Source: Tubiluchus corallicola
Taxonomy: Eukaryota; Animalia; Priapulida
DNA: 64,000 bases
Assembly: GCA_030141605.1 (NCBI GenBank)
Contig: JAQGDQ010000266.1
Coordinates: 124,001-188,000, forward strand
Direction: 5' to 3'
In this document: in pieces, positions 14,930 through 27,719 of the stretch
How the letters are laid out: the number at the start of each line of letters is the position of its first letter
How positions within the stretch are numbered: the stretch's first letter is position 1
Notes under the pieces: model-generated
Told to the model about the DNA's origin: nothing
The model's database searches: none
Seen by the model: the letters and a program-made list of their open reading frames with translations, nothing else
Program-made: the position numbers and the translations under genes

Positions 14930-15579
14930 TCAAGGAGAGAGGTGTGTGTGAACTCGAGGAGTGCGATGTGCGTGAGCTCGAGGAGTATGGTGTGTGTGAG
15001 CTCAAGGAGTGAGGTGTGTGTGAGCTCGAGGAGTGTAATGTAGTGTGTGTGAACTCGAGCAGTGTAGTATAGTGTGTGCGAGCTCGAGGAGTGTAGTATA
15101 GTGTATCTGAGCTTCAGGAGTGTAGTATAGTGTGTATGAGCTCGAAGAGTGTAGTATAGTGTGTGTGAGCTTGAGAAGTGTAGTATAGTTTGTGTGGATT
15201 CGAGGAGTGTAGTATAGTGTGTGCGAGCTCGAGGAGTGTAGTATAGTGTGTCTGAGCTGAAGGAGTGTAGTATAGAGTGTGTGAGCTCGAGGAGTGTGGT
15301 GTGTGCGAGCTCAAGGAGTGTACTATAGTGCATGTGAGCTTGAAGAGTGTAGTATAGTGTGTGTGAGCTCGAGGAGTGTAGTATAGTGTGTGTGAATTCG
15401 AGGAGTGTAGTATAGTGTATGTGAGCTTGAGGAGTGTAGTATAGTGTGTGTGAATTCGAGGAGTGTTGTATAGTGTATGTGAGCTTGAGGAGTGTAGTAT
15501 ATTATGTGTGAGCTCGAGGAGTGTAGTGTGTGTGAGCTCGTGGAGTGTGGTGTATGTGAGCTCAACGAGTGTGGTGTGT
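14930..15579 (-). repeat. Same 29-bp minisatellite in inverted orientation, over 20 copies
   Basis: Unit gagtgtagtatagtgtgtgtgagctcgag, the reverse complement of the 13554 array. Confidence 0.95.
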
Positions 15580-16346
15580 TTGCAAAAGTTTGTGAGCGCG
15601 CAAAGGAGAAACTGACTGTATGAAGCAGGATTTAGTAATCCAAAAGTTCTTTAATAATATCAATATTTTTTATTATTCTTTATATAGAAATCCAAATATT
15701 CTTTAAAAATCAATAATATAAAACATCTTAAAGTACTGTTGCGTCACACTGCCTACAGTTTAAGAACTAGAATAAATGGATTAGCAAATTTTCTTGTAAA
15801 ATGTATATGCTACCAAACTGATGTGCGATTTTTAGTAGAATATTTAGAAGATGGCATGATTTATTGATGTAATAACCGCTGGCTTTTTGACTGATGCTTT
15901 GTATTTTTAATTTCTTTTTATACTTTTATTATATCTTTTTGTAAATTTTCGCAGTTTTTATTAGTGCATGACATGTAGTATTTTTATTGTAAATTTTCAA
16001 CTTTTATGTGGCATTTTTATATGTTGAAATAACCTTTAAATTAATTAAAAATTAACCAAATTAAACTTTCGAATTAAATTTCATAACAATTAACGAGCTG
16101 AAAATAAATAAAGTTACATGATTATTTGCGTCGTTCTTGATACCCTCCCAATTATGTTTATTTTGTTTCAGTATTTCTGTATCATCACTATTGCATTTTC
16201 TGACTATAAATTGACCGCGCGTCTTCAAGTTAACCAACATTACTGCCTTTAGGAAGTTAATTATTGGTAAAAGCGTAATAGTGAAAACTGGATTATGTTG
16301 AAGTGTCACGATGTTGTCTTCAGTTTGTTTTTTTCTTGTTCTTTAG

Positions 16347-16500
16347 CGGCACATATGACATCTTTGTCCGTTTCGATGACGGAGAGAAAATGGTTGGATC
16401 GTATGATAACAAAGGAAGTTTTGGAGAACTGGCCTTGATGTACAATATGCCTCGATCGGCCACAATCATTGCTACATCAGAGGGCACTCTTTGGGCCATG
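16347..16500 (+). CDS. PRKAR2: PKA RII exon, CNB-A phosphate-binding cassette (GTYDIFV...[17 protein letters not shown]...LWAM)
   Basis: ctttag acceptor, gtaatt donor; [15 protein letters not shown] cassette. Confidence 0.97.
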
Positions 16501-16670
16501 GTAATTTTGGCCATCTTTTTTAAGTTAGTTACCACAAATTTATTAGGAATATTGCGCACTACTTGCACTACGGAGTTAGTACATGAAAATTTAATTACTA
16601 TTTTACAGCCCGCTGATTAGATTACGCAGTTTCATTTATACATACTTAGCAACACGTGTTTTATTTTCAG

Positions 16671-16772
16671 GAGCGTCAGATATTTCGTCGAATTCTGATG
16701 AAATCAGCATTCAACAAGCGCAAAATGTATGAAGGTTTACTTGAATCCGTTCCCATGCTGCAAACGTTAGAC
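16671..16772 (+). CDS. PRKAR2: PKA RII exon (ERQIFRRILMKSAFNKRKMYEGLLESVPMLQTLD)
   Basis: ttttcag acceptor, gtaagt donor; 34 codons; FRRI...KRKMYE inter-domain helix. Confidence 0.96.
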
Positions 16773-17221
16773 GTAAGTCAATCAGTTAATCGTAATTCAG
16801 TACGGAAGGTGAGGAGTTAAGATTCGTTTCCGGGCGCATAATCCGAAAAGGCCTGTTCGTTTTCTTGTGAAAAAATCAATTCTAATGCCAATTTTAGTTT
16901 TATTTCTTTTACTCAAAAAGTACGAGTTTCTTCCTCTAAAACAACTTTTGCCAAATTAGAAGTTAAGAATAATTTAGCTGCACAAACGTGTTGGTAAATA
17001 CTGCAATATGCTGTTGCAAGTCAATTGTTGGTTGATTGGTTTTCCGATTATATGAATTCAATGATTCCAAATTGTCGGTTTTTATTTTGAAGCACATGTT
17101 GCTCAGTATCACGGTCAACCAAAGTTCATGAAGTTATAGAACCTACTGCTTATGTCTTGTTTCCACAATGTAAGCTTTTGAACACTACCAGCAAAAGCAA
17201 CTAAAGATGTACAGTAATTAG

Positions 17222-18385
17222 TTTATTTATTTATTTATTTATTTTATTCACACAGAACAGTAAAACACAATCCATAATAAAAACGTAGTAAAATACGTTG
17301 GCAAAAAAACATACAAATACAATATTTACAAAAGTGTAGTAAAGACACAAAGACATTAACTGGTTACATGTGTCTATTGTGTACAAGGAATTTATACAAG
17401 TTAACTTTACTTAAGCGGCTCTTAAATAACTTCATATTTTGTGCAGTTACGAGGGGTGCAGCCTCGACATATGCAGGCAGTGACTTCCACATCGGTACAA
17501 CTTGATTTGAGAAAAACTGGCCAAATGATACTTTAACAGTTTGACGCATGAAAAGTTTCAGAGAATGATTTTGCCCTGTTCTGCTGCAATATACACGGCT
17601 AAAAATTGTCAAAAATCAACATCGACTTCTCCATGAATAATTTGATAGGATAAGGCTAAATCTTTTTCAATGTGCCTCTCTTCTAAAGATTTATGATTTA
17701 GAAACTCCAGACGCTTAGGATGTGCCATATACATTAAGTTACGCCTAAAAACAGGTGACGAGTAAAGTATCGCTGTACATTTTCTATACGGTCAACATTA
17801 CAAATTAAAGCTGGAATGCAGACTGGCAAGCAATACTCTACAATAGGTCTTATGTAAACTATGAACGATTTTAACAATATGTCTTTATCATCCGTGGAAA
17901 ACATTCTAAACAACATATTAGTAATTCTATTGGCTTCAGTAGCTACCTCAATGCATTAGTTTATCCAGTTCAGGCCACGAGAAATTGTAATTCCAAGACC
18001 ACGCACACTTGTTTCAATGGGTAAATGAGAGTCAGAAAAGTGATATTCATGGCCCGGATTAGCATTCCCAATATATATGACGTTATATTTCGGAATGGCT
18101 ATAACTAGTTGCCACTCATTGGTCCATAAGTTAATTGTATCCACAGCTGACTGAAAATCACTATTTTAACTTGACCAAAAACTAGAGTTTTACATCACCT
18201 GCAACAAACTTTCCTGTTACAGCATCAATAACAACAGGTAAATCATTAATAAAACATAAAAACAAAAGTGGTCCAAGAACACTTCCCCGAGGCACACCTG
18301 ATGTTACACATACATATTCAGATACATTATTACCAATAGCAACACGTTGTTTACTATTGTTCATAAAACAGTCATCCACATCAAA
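17222..18385 (-). mobile_element. 5'-truncated, degenerate CR1/L2-group LINE (RT C-terminal half + tail)
   Basis: [40 protein letters not shown] in broken frames; (TAAA)n tail at 17222-17248. Confidence 0.88.
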
Positions 18386-18495
18386 AGATGACCTTTAATG
18401 CCGTTTGCGTGTAATTTCAAAATTAGTTTGGGATGAGAAACAGTGTCAAAGGCTTTTTAAAATACAGACATGCACATATATATATATATATATAT

Positions 18496-18818
18496 TGTTA
18501 CGAAGGCGAAATGCCCTTTTTTCGACCCCCTCCCTCTACATTGCGAAAGTTTTATCCATTACGAAGCCATTGCATATCAGCGTTGCATAGCAGCTATAAG
18601 TAGCTCATATGGCATGGCCTCGTCGGTTCAGTGGCCTGACAGGCGGTGCGTCTTCCATCTGAGCACCTGTTCCGCAATGACAACTGGGATGGAGCACGAT
18701 GGGCTAGACGTCTGGCGTGTTACTCAATTCAGTAAATTTACTCTTACTACTGTTGTTTTACGGTTTCTTCTCAACTATGAGACAATCGGCGTTTCAGCTC
18801 CATCCGTTCATCGTTACA
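18496..18818 (+). mobile_element. Solo LTR inserted in a (TA)n microsatellite
   Basis: Ends TGTTACGA...TCGTTACA (TG..CA, inverted); internal TATAAG and AGTAAA; GC-richer than flanks; (TA)n on both sides. Confidence 0.65.
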
Positions 18819-20205
18819 TTATATATATATATATGTGTGTGTAGCATCCACTACATTGTCATTGTCTATAGCTAAACCAAAATCATAAAATTAGTACATC
18901 AGTTTGCTTCAACTTAAAGTCGTGTGTAAATGCATAAATATATTAAACTATGGCGCACAATGTTGAAAATCTGTAATATTTGCAGAAGTTATATTATTGT
19001 ACATGGTAAAAGTACTTGATATAATTCAGTACAATATCACTTTTTGAATCTAAACTGATTTTTTCTAGACACTAATGAATTTCCACATCTAAATAAGATT
19101 AATAATGTTAATAAACACTGCAGATGTACCTATTGGCCTAAAATTATCACCGTCCGTTGTATCAAGACTGCTCTTTTTTTTATAACAGGTACAGTTTACA
19201 TAGTCGATAATAATAGTACGTGTATAAACATGTGCGGAATACTATTACTACAGTGAGTTTTAATCTTTTTCCAAAACGTATAAGGTGTGTCATTGAATAA
19301 AGTGCGACCAAAATTATCATTACAAATAGTCAATAGTCAATACTTGTGTACCAGCACTCCTAGCCGAGGGCAAGTTTAAAATGAGACGAGAAGCCTTCAT
19401 ATCTTCATATACCTCACCTGGAGGGGGGGGGGGCAATTCTGCATCTTCTATAATGGGAAAGCAGTTCTGGAACATTCATGTTTATCACGCACAATATTAT
19501 TCTATCCAACACTAGATGCGAGTGTGGATGTCATAACATTGCAAAATCTAGTAATAAGGTAATAGAGTAATATGGTTTTCCCGGCATTCACATTTACCGT
19601 TACATATGACAGCATCAACAGGATTCGAAATATTGTCACACAGAACTATCAGTAAGTTCATTGTATAAACAAAGCATTTGGTTATTTGCCCTATCCCAGT
19701 CAGGCACGTGGGAATAATCATTATTGCTACTGTCACTATAATTAGTGAGCATTTCAGACCTAATTTCCATACTACTGTTTCCGAGCCTCTATGCAGAGCA
19801 TACATGACTAAAGTTACGAGAAAATGATCGTAAGTGGTCATATTGTAATTTACAGCCATATCTGTAATAGTGTCGTGTAAGATATTACTAGAAACACAAT
19901 AACTCTAACCAAGATTCTGAATTATGGGCACTACTCACATATGTAAACGTATTCTCGGGAAGCAACACATTACCAGATATAAAATAATAACTTTAACGAG
20001 ACATCTCTGTTAAAAACGTACCGTCTGGTAGTGGTAACATCTATTAAAATCAGCGTTAAAATTGCCTACAGCGCACTTTAACCAAACATGGGTATAACGA
20101 GAATCAAGTTTAACTAGACACTCATGTATGAATGTATGAAATACTAACGTATGAAGTAATGTTAATTCAGGTGGTACCTGAAACTCACAACGCTGTACTC
20201 TAAAT

Positions 20206-20286
20206 TAGTGCTATTCAACCTTTTTCAGATCGGTCCGCCCTAACAGCCCTAACTTCTGGATCGTCCACCCCGGTTGAAAGGCACTG
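20206..20286. mobile_element. Tiny hAT/Charlie-like MITE
   Basis: TIRs tagtgctattcaacc / ggttgaaaggcactg; imperfect nTCTAAAT target duplication. Confidence 0.5.
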
Positions 20287-21224
20287 CGTCTAAATCTACT
20301 GCGAATACAGGCAGCAGCTGCTGTATGTAGCTGATTCGAGCAGAGAAATTTGCATTCGCGTCCGAGTTTTCAAATTTCGCTCATCACCATAAAACGCATT
20401 AACTTTGTTACATTCACGAAAAGAAATTTTCTGCCGCGCGCGAGCTCTTTTATGCAGTCAAAATTATATTTCATTAAACAGTGTTACGACTTGATAGAAC
20501 GTGTAGCGTTCTATCATAAAGGGAAATAAAGCATCATTGACTTAGCATGCAAAATCCGGCAAACAGAATAACTACTTTTATAATTATTAGGCCTATGAGC
20601 GATTCTTTTTTATTAAAATGATGTTATCTAACGTTACTTGTATTATTATCTTCAGCGGAACGTTGCTTTCTGAAGCTATGATTATAATAGGAATACTTTA
20701 ATCAGGTTTTGCCTTATTTTGTAAAATAAATACCTTAGGTGGGGTAAACCAAAGAGCAGACTCTCTTGTCGTACGAAAAATGAAATACACCGACGGTATC
20801 CTATTTCATCTCTGGATGTTGAAGGTTGAAAGTTGATAGTGGAACCATACAAACATAAAAAATGCTAAAAATCATCTACACAAATTTTAGCAGTTACGAG
20901 GAATACATGCATGCATTTTTAACATTAAGCATGTAAGCTTAAGCATTACCCCCCCCCCCCATTCACCACTAGATGCGCCCTCACCTGCACCAAATTTGAC
21001 ACCTTTATCACAAAATGAGCAATTCTTCTGTATTTTCCCATTAGCCGCAGCTCTTGTTAGTGATATCTCTTCACTATCATTAAAACATCATGTCGTCGTC
21101 GTTGTCATCATCATCATCACCATCATCACCACCATAATTATTTATTGTCAGATATTACAAATAGTCAAGCAACAAGGCAAGAAGGCGCACAAGTAGACAA
21201 GAAAGTAAACCAAAAAACAAGCAA

Positions 21225-21802
21225 ACAAACAATGGATGAACGAAGAATGAACAAACAATCAGGTAACGCGTGAACGAAGAATGAACAAACAATCAGGTAA
21301 TGCGTGAAAGAAGAATGAACAAACAATCAGGTAACGCGTGAACGAAGAATGAACAAACAATCAGGTAATGCGTGAACGAAGAATGAACAAACAATCAGGT
21401 AATGCGTGAACGAAGAATGAACAAACAAACAGGTAATACATAAACGAAGAATAAACAAACAAACAGGTAATGCATAAACGAAGAATAAACAAACAAATAG
21501 GTAATACATAAACGAAGAATAAACAAACAAACAGGTAATGCCTGAAAGAAGAATGAACAAACAATCAGGTAACGCGTGAACGAAGAATGAACAAACAATC
21601 AGGTAATACATAAACGAAGAATAAACAAACAAACAGGTAATGCATAAACGAAGAATAAACAAACAAACAGGTAATACATAAACGAAGAATAAACAAACAA
21701 ACAGGTAATGCCTGAAAGAAGAATGAACAAACAATCAGGTAATGCGTGAACGAAGAATGAACAAACAATCAGGTAATGCGTGAAGAATGAACAAGCAAGT
21801 AA
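21225..21802. repeat. 34-bp minisatellite, about 17 copies
   Basis: Unit aacgaagaatgaacaaacaatcaggtaatgcgtg. Confidence 0.97.
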
Positions 21803-21846
21803 TCTTCTAAAATGGTGTAACAAACATTAGTTTATTTTTGTTGCAG

Positions 21847-22039
21847 ATGTATGAAAGGATGAATGTTGCAGACGCCCTGACACCAATGACTTTTAACGAA
21901 GGACAAATAATAATTAAACAAGGTGACAAAGCCGATGGAATGTATTTTGTTGAAGATGGCACTTGTTCGGTGACGATAAAAAGCGATAATGGAGCGGAAA
22001 CGGAAGTCGCACAACTAAATCGCGGCAAATATTTCGGAG
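21847..22039 (+). CDS. PRKAR2: PKA RII exon, CNB-B (MYERMNVADAL...IIKQGDKADGMYFVEDG...GKYFG)
   Basis: ttgcag acceptor, gtaagt donor; ERxxxADAL and QGDxADxMYF motifs. Confidence 0.97.
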
Positions 22040-22530
22040 GTAAGTGAAGTGTGTGTACAGGTTGCATGTTCAATTTGGTACATAAAATGTGGCAAGCTCT
22101 GCAGAGGAACTTTAATACGCTTTTGATGACATTACTCCAGAAAAAGGCAGTAGCTACAGTATTTTCCTTCAGCACCTCACATCTTCACATCTTGACAAAA
22201 CGTCACACATCTTCAAAACCGTTTCACCAAATTTTGCTCAATTTCACGCAGTTCAGAAATGCGGATAATTAATTTTTTGATCTATGCAAATTGCTTTGAG
22301 TTTTGCAAAGTTGTCTAAATATTCATGGAAGTTATATGAATGCACGCAGAGCTGTGTTAATGTGCGTAAAAGCGGTGTGCAAATGCGTGGAAGCTGCGTG
22401 AATGCATGCAGAGCTGTGTGAATACACATGGGAGTTGTGTACATATCCATGAAAACTGTGTGAATATAAATAGTAACTGAGGTGAATAAGCATGGCAGCC
22501 GTGTGAATACACCTAGACGTTGTATGAATA

Positions 22531-22790
22531 CATGTGTGTAGCAACCATGTGTGTAGCAACCATGTGTGTAGCAACCATGTGTGTAGCAACCATGCGTGTA
22601 GCAACCATGCGTGTAGCAACCATGCGTGTAGCAACCATGTGTGTAGCAACCATGTGTGTAGCAACCATGAGTGTAGCAACCATGTGTGTAGCAACCATGT
22701 GTGTAGCAACCATGCGTGTAGCAACCATGCGTGTAGCAACCATGCGTGTAGCAACCATGTGTGTAGCAACCATGTGTGTAGCAACCATGC
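22531..22790. repeat. 15-bp minisatellite, about 17 copies
   Basis: Unit catgtgtgtagcaac, embedded in degenerate tgtgtgaatac repeats (about 22330-23260). Confidence 0.97.
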
Positions 22791-23375
22791 GAATATCTTC
22801 AATTAAATTGTGACTATGAATACCAGAATGCTCGTAAGTTATTGAGGTTTATTTTACAAGTATTATTACCCATTATGTGCAATGAGTTGAAATAAAAGAG
22901 ACACTGAAAAATTGTGAACCATGCTCTGCCATGGTCTCACGCTCTGTCACCTAACAGTAAACTAAAGCCAAACTACTGGTCACAGAGGTCAAGGCTGATG
23001 TAGGGACCGACTGCTCGTGTGATAAACTGAGAAGCTGTGTAAATACATGTAGAAACATATAAAACTGTGTAAATACTTGTGGAAATCTGTGAACCTGTCT
23101 GAGATGTGTGAATACATACGAGGTACGTAGTGCTGTGAACTACGAGTGAACCGATGTAAACCTTTCTGAATAAAAATAGAGCTAAATAAGGTCATCAGAA
23201 TATGCTTACACCTACGTGTGAATATACCTGTGTGAATACATATGAATCTCGGAGAGCCGCGTGAAGCGCTTCAAATACGAGTGCATTTATATTGGCACTT
23301 ACATTTAAAATTGTTAAATAAAAGTTTGAAGAATATTAAAAGTGAAGGATGAAGTTAGTTTCCGGGTATGCCACA

Positions 23376-24661
23376 GTTATTTACATTGAGTGTGCCACAG
23401 TTATTTACATTGAGTGTGCCACAGTTATTTACATTGAGTGTGCCACAGTTATTTACATTGAGTGTGCCACAGTTATTTACATTGAGTGTGGAATAATTAT
23501 TTACATTGAGTGTGCCACAGTTATTTACATTGAGTGTGCCACAATTATTTACATTGAGTGTGCCACAGTTATTTACATTGAGTGTGCCACAATTATTTAC
23601 ATTGAGTGTGCCACAATTATTTACATTGAGTGTGCCACAGTTATTTACATTGAGTGTGCCACAGTTATTTACATTGAGTGTGCCACAATTATTTACATTG
23701 AGTGTGCCACAGTTATTTACATTGAGTGTGCCACAATTATTTACATTGAGTGTGCCACAATTATTTACATTGAGTGTGCCACAGTTATTTACATTAAGTG
23801 TGCCACAGTTATTTACATTGAGTGTGGAATAATTATTTACATTGAGTGTGCCACAGTTATTTACATTGAGTGTGCCACAATTATTTACATTGAGTGTGCC
23901 ACAATTATTTACATTGAGAGTGCCACAGTTATTTACATTGAGTGTGCCACAATTATTTACATTGAGTGTGGAATAATTATTTACATTGAGTGCGCCACAG
24001 TTATTTACATTGAGTGTGGAATATTTATTTACATTGAGTGTGCTATAATTATTTACATTGAGTGTGGAATATTTATTTACATTGAGTGTGCTACAATTAT
24101 TTACATTGAGTGCGCCACAGTTATTTACATTGAGTGTGCCACAATTATCTACATTGAGTGTGCTACAGTTATTTACATTGAATATGCCACAATTATTTAC
24201 ATTGAGTGTGGAATATTTATTTACATTGAGTGTGCTACAATTATTTACATTGAGTGTGGAATAATTATTTACATTGAGTGTGCTACAATTATTTACATTA
24301 AGTGTGCCACAGTTATTTACATTGAGTGTGGAATAATTATTTTCATTGAGTATGCCACCATTATTTACATTGAGTGTGCCACAATTATTTACATTGACTG
24401 TGCTACAATTATTTACATTGAGTGTGCCACAATTATTTACATTGAGTGTGCTAAAGTTATTTACATTGAGTGTGCTACAATTATTTACATTGAGTGTGCC
24501 ACAATTATTTACATTGAGTGTGCTACAATTATTTACATTGAGTGTGGAATAATTATTTACATTGAGTGTGCTACAATTATTTACATTAAGTGTGGAATAA
24601 TTATTTACATTGAGTATGCCACAATTATTTACATTGAGTATGCCACAATTATTTACATTGA
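23376..24661. repeat. 24-bp minisatellite, about 53 copies
   Basis: Unit gccacagttatttacattgagtgt. Confidence 0.98.
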
Positions 24662-25883
24662 AAAGACTCCGTCGTTTAGTGTTGGCACAAAGATTGCAGA
24701 ATGACGACCAGTTTAGCTAAGGATGTGCATCACAGGTTGTAATTGTAATCTGGTTGAGTCATTTCCACAAGAATTCAAGAACCACAGATGATTAATGACG
24801 CGTTCATTTGATTTCATTCTTGTATAAGCTGAAACACACAGAATTCGAGAAGCCGACACGCTGTAACTAGCTGTATGACATAATGTAACTGGTGAAGACG
24901 ATACATTATTAACGCAACGCACTAAAGTTATTTTTATTGATTATCTAACTTTTTTGTTGTAGTAAACTTCAACTAAAGCTTGTTACTTCTTAAAATTCTG
25001 AATGTCAAATAATTATTTTCTTATTTTACACTGTTGATATAAGCATATTTATTAAGAAGCTCATTTCGGCATTTTCAATGTTAAAAATACAGCCAAACAC
25101 TCAAATAGTACAGCTATCATTGCAAAACTTCAACAGAATGCATAAAACACCAAAAACACGAAAATATCAAATAAGCCGAAGGCATAAACCGTATGCTTAA
25201 GATTTGCAATACCAAGAAAATTTCTAGCAAAAATGTAAGAAAACCAATATTTATGCGAGATTTTACTGCAGAGCAAGCTGCAATAGCAAAATGTACAATA
25301 ACCATGCAGAATTAGCAGAATGAAAGAAGAAACCACCCAAACATGATAGAGAAATGAATACAACTGAAAAATCAACACATATATTTTCCAGAAAAAAATA
25401 AAACAATAAGGTTAATCTCTGGTCACACATTAAAGAACATAATGGAATTGCAAAACGCCAGAACCAATTAAAATACTGAGATTGACAAAGTGCTACCATG
25501 GAGCCATTGACGTCAATTAAGTATTAAGAATAGGTCTGTAGTTTACGATGTACAAAGATACAAATCTTCAGACGTCAAATGCACCGCTATAGATATCTAA
25601 ATTTTCTCCTATGATGAGAACTAAGTTGTTACTTGGTATTCGTATATAGACTTATTAAAATAAGAGCTGAGTTTTCAGAACATAACTCAATGATTTATTG
25701 AAAATTTTGTGTGTACTCTGTCAAATTATGTAGCTTTGCTAATGATTTCTGTACTATGAACTTTCTATAACCGCCGTTCTTTGGGGAAATTGTTTTCACA
25801 GTAGTTACAATGCCTTAGATGAATGTAACCCTTTTTGTCTCTTATTTGTTAAATCGTTAATGTTTCTTTTTCTTATTTTTCAG

Positions 25884-25952
25884 AATTAGCTTTAGTAACC
25901 AAAAAGCCGCGAGCAGCTACCGTAACTGCAGTAGGAAAAGTAAAAGTTGCTT
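25884..25952 (+). CDS. PRKAR2: PKA RII exon, CNB-B phosphate-binding cassette (ELALVTKKPRAATVTAVGKVKVA)
   Basis: tttttcag acceptor, gtaagt donor; phase 1-1; ELALVTxKPRAA typical of RII CNB-B. Confidence 0.96.
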
Positions 25953-26227
25953 GTAAGTTTTTTATCGTTTTCTGCTTCGGTTCACACGATGACTTTTCGG
26001 CCCATTTTTATACCATGCTTGAAGCATACTGTATTTAGTGTAGGACTACAGTAGTCTATTTATAGTCTGTTTCTGGATGCACCCGATTCTTGTGTATGGT
26101 TAAAATCGTAGAATCATAACCAATTAACAAGTTTTATTACAATATACTCTAATTACTCTGTCAACAAACACCCAACACTGATGAAATTCAGTTAAACCTG
26201 ACATGCGTAAAAGTCAACACTACGCAA

Positions 26228-27048
<821 letters not shown>

Positions 27049-27618
27049 GATTTTAATTTTATACACGTTTGTTTCTTCGTTGAAAAATGAAAAACGACAT
27101 TATAGTAAAGTAGCAATACTATTCGATACTATATTATACTATAAAACTTTCGCTCTTATTGCCCGTGTATTTTAGAATCTTGAGCCTAAATTTTGTTGAA
27201 TGAGCTTAGGACAAGTATGTTGCTTTATTTTTTATATTGTCAGTTTCATGTGTTAGATCATCTCACGTGTTCTAATTACTAGGCCTTATTATAGAAGAAT
27301 GTCAATATCTTCTTCAGTAATATCAGAGATTTTCTTACCAACTTTACCTATGCTGAAAATTTTCTTGGTATAGTGCAGATGTATTGGCACTTTCAGAACC
27401 AAAACTGGATAACTCTGATGAATCTTGCGAGTTACCAAGATATTCTTTCCTTTGCCATAGGACTGTAAACAATCAAAAACTTAAAAAAAGATAATTTTAA
27501 GTTGAATTTCGGGTATAACGTTCTATCTCCAGCACTGTGTTGCTTGTTTCGAAAATTTTTTGTTTAATTCGTACTAATTCTAATTTTCTGTTTTCATTTT
27601 CGGATCATTTATTTTCAG

Positions 27619-27719
27619 ATTTAGATGTCTCTGCATTTGAGCGTCTGTTAGGACCGTGCATGGACCTCATGAAACGAAACATAGCTCTGTATCACGAGCA
27701 AGTTTCAAAAATCAACTGA
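27619..27719 (+). CDS. PRKAR2: PKA RII last coding exon ([33 protein letters not shown])
   Basis: attttcag acceptor; [17 protein letters not shown] C-terminal motif; TGA stop; AATAAA signals downstream near 28080 and 28350. Confidence 0.97.

Noticed and set aside
23349-24704. 451-aa (CATVIYIE)n ORF
   Set aside because: 24-bp satellite inside a PKA intron; stop-free only because the period is a multiple of three.
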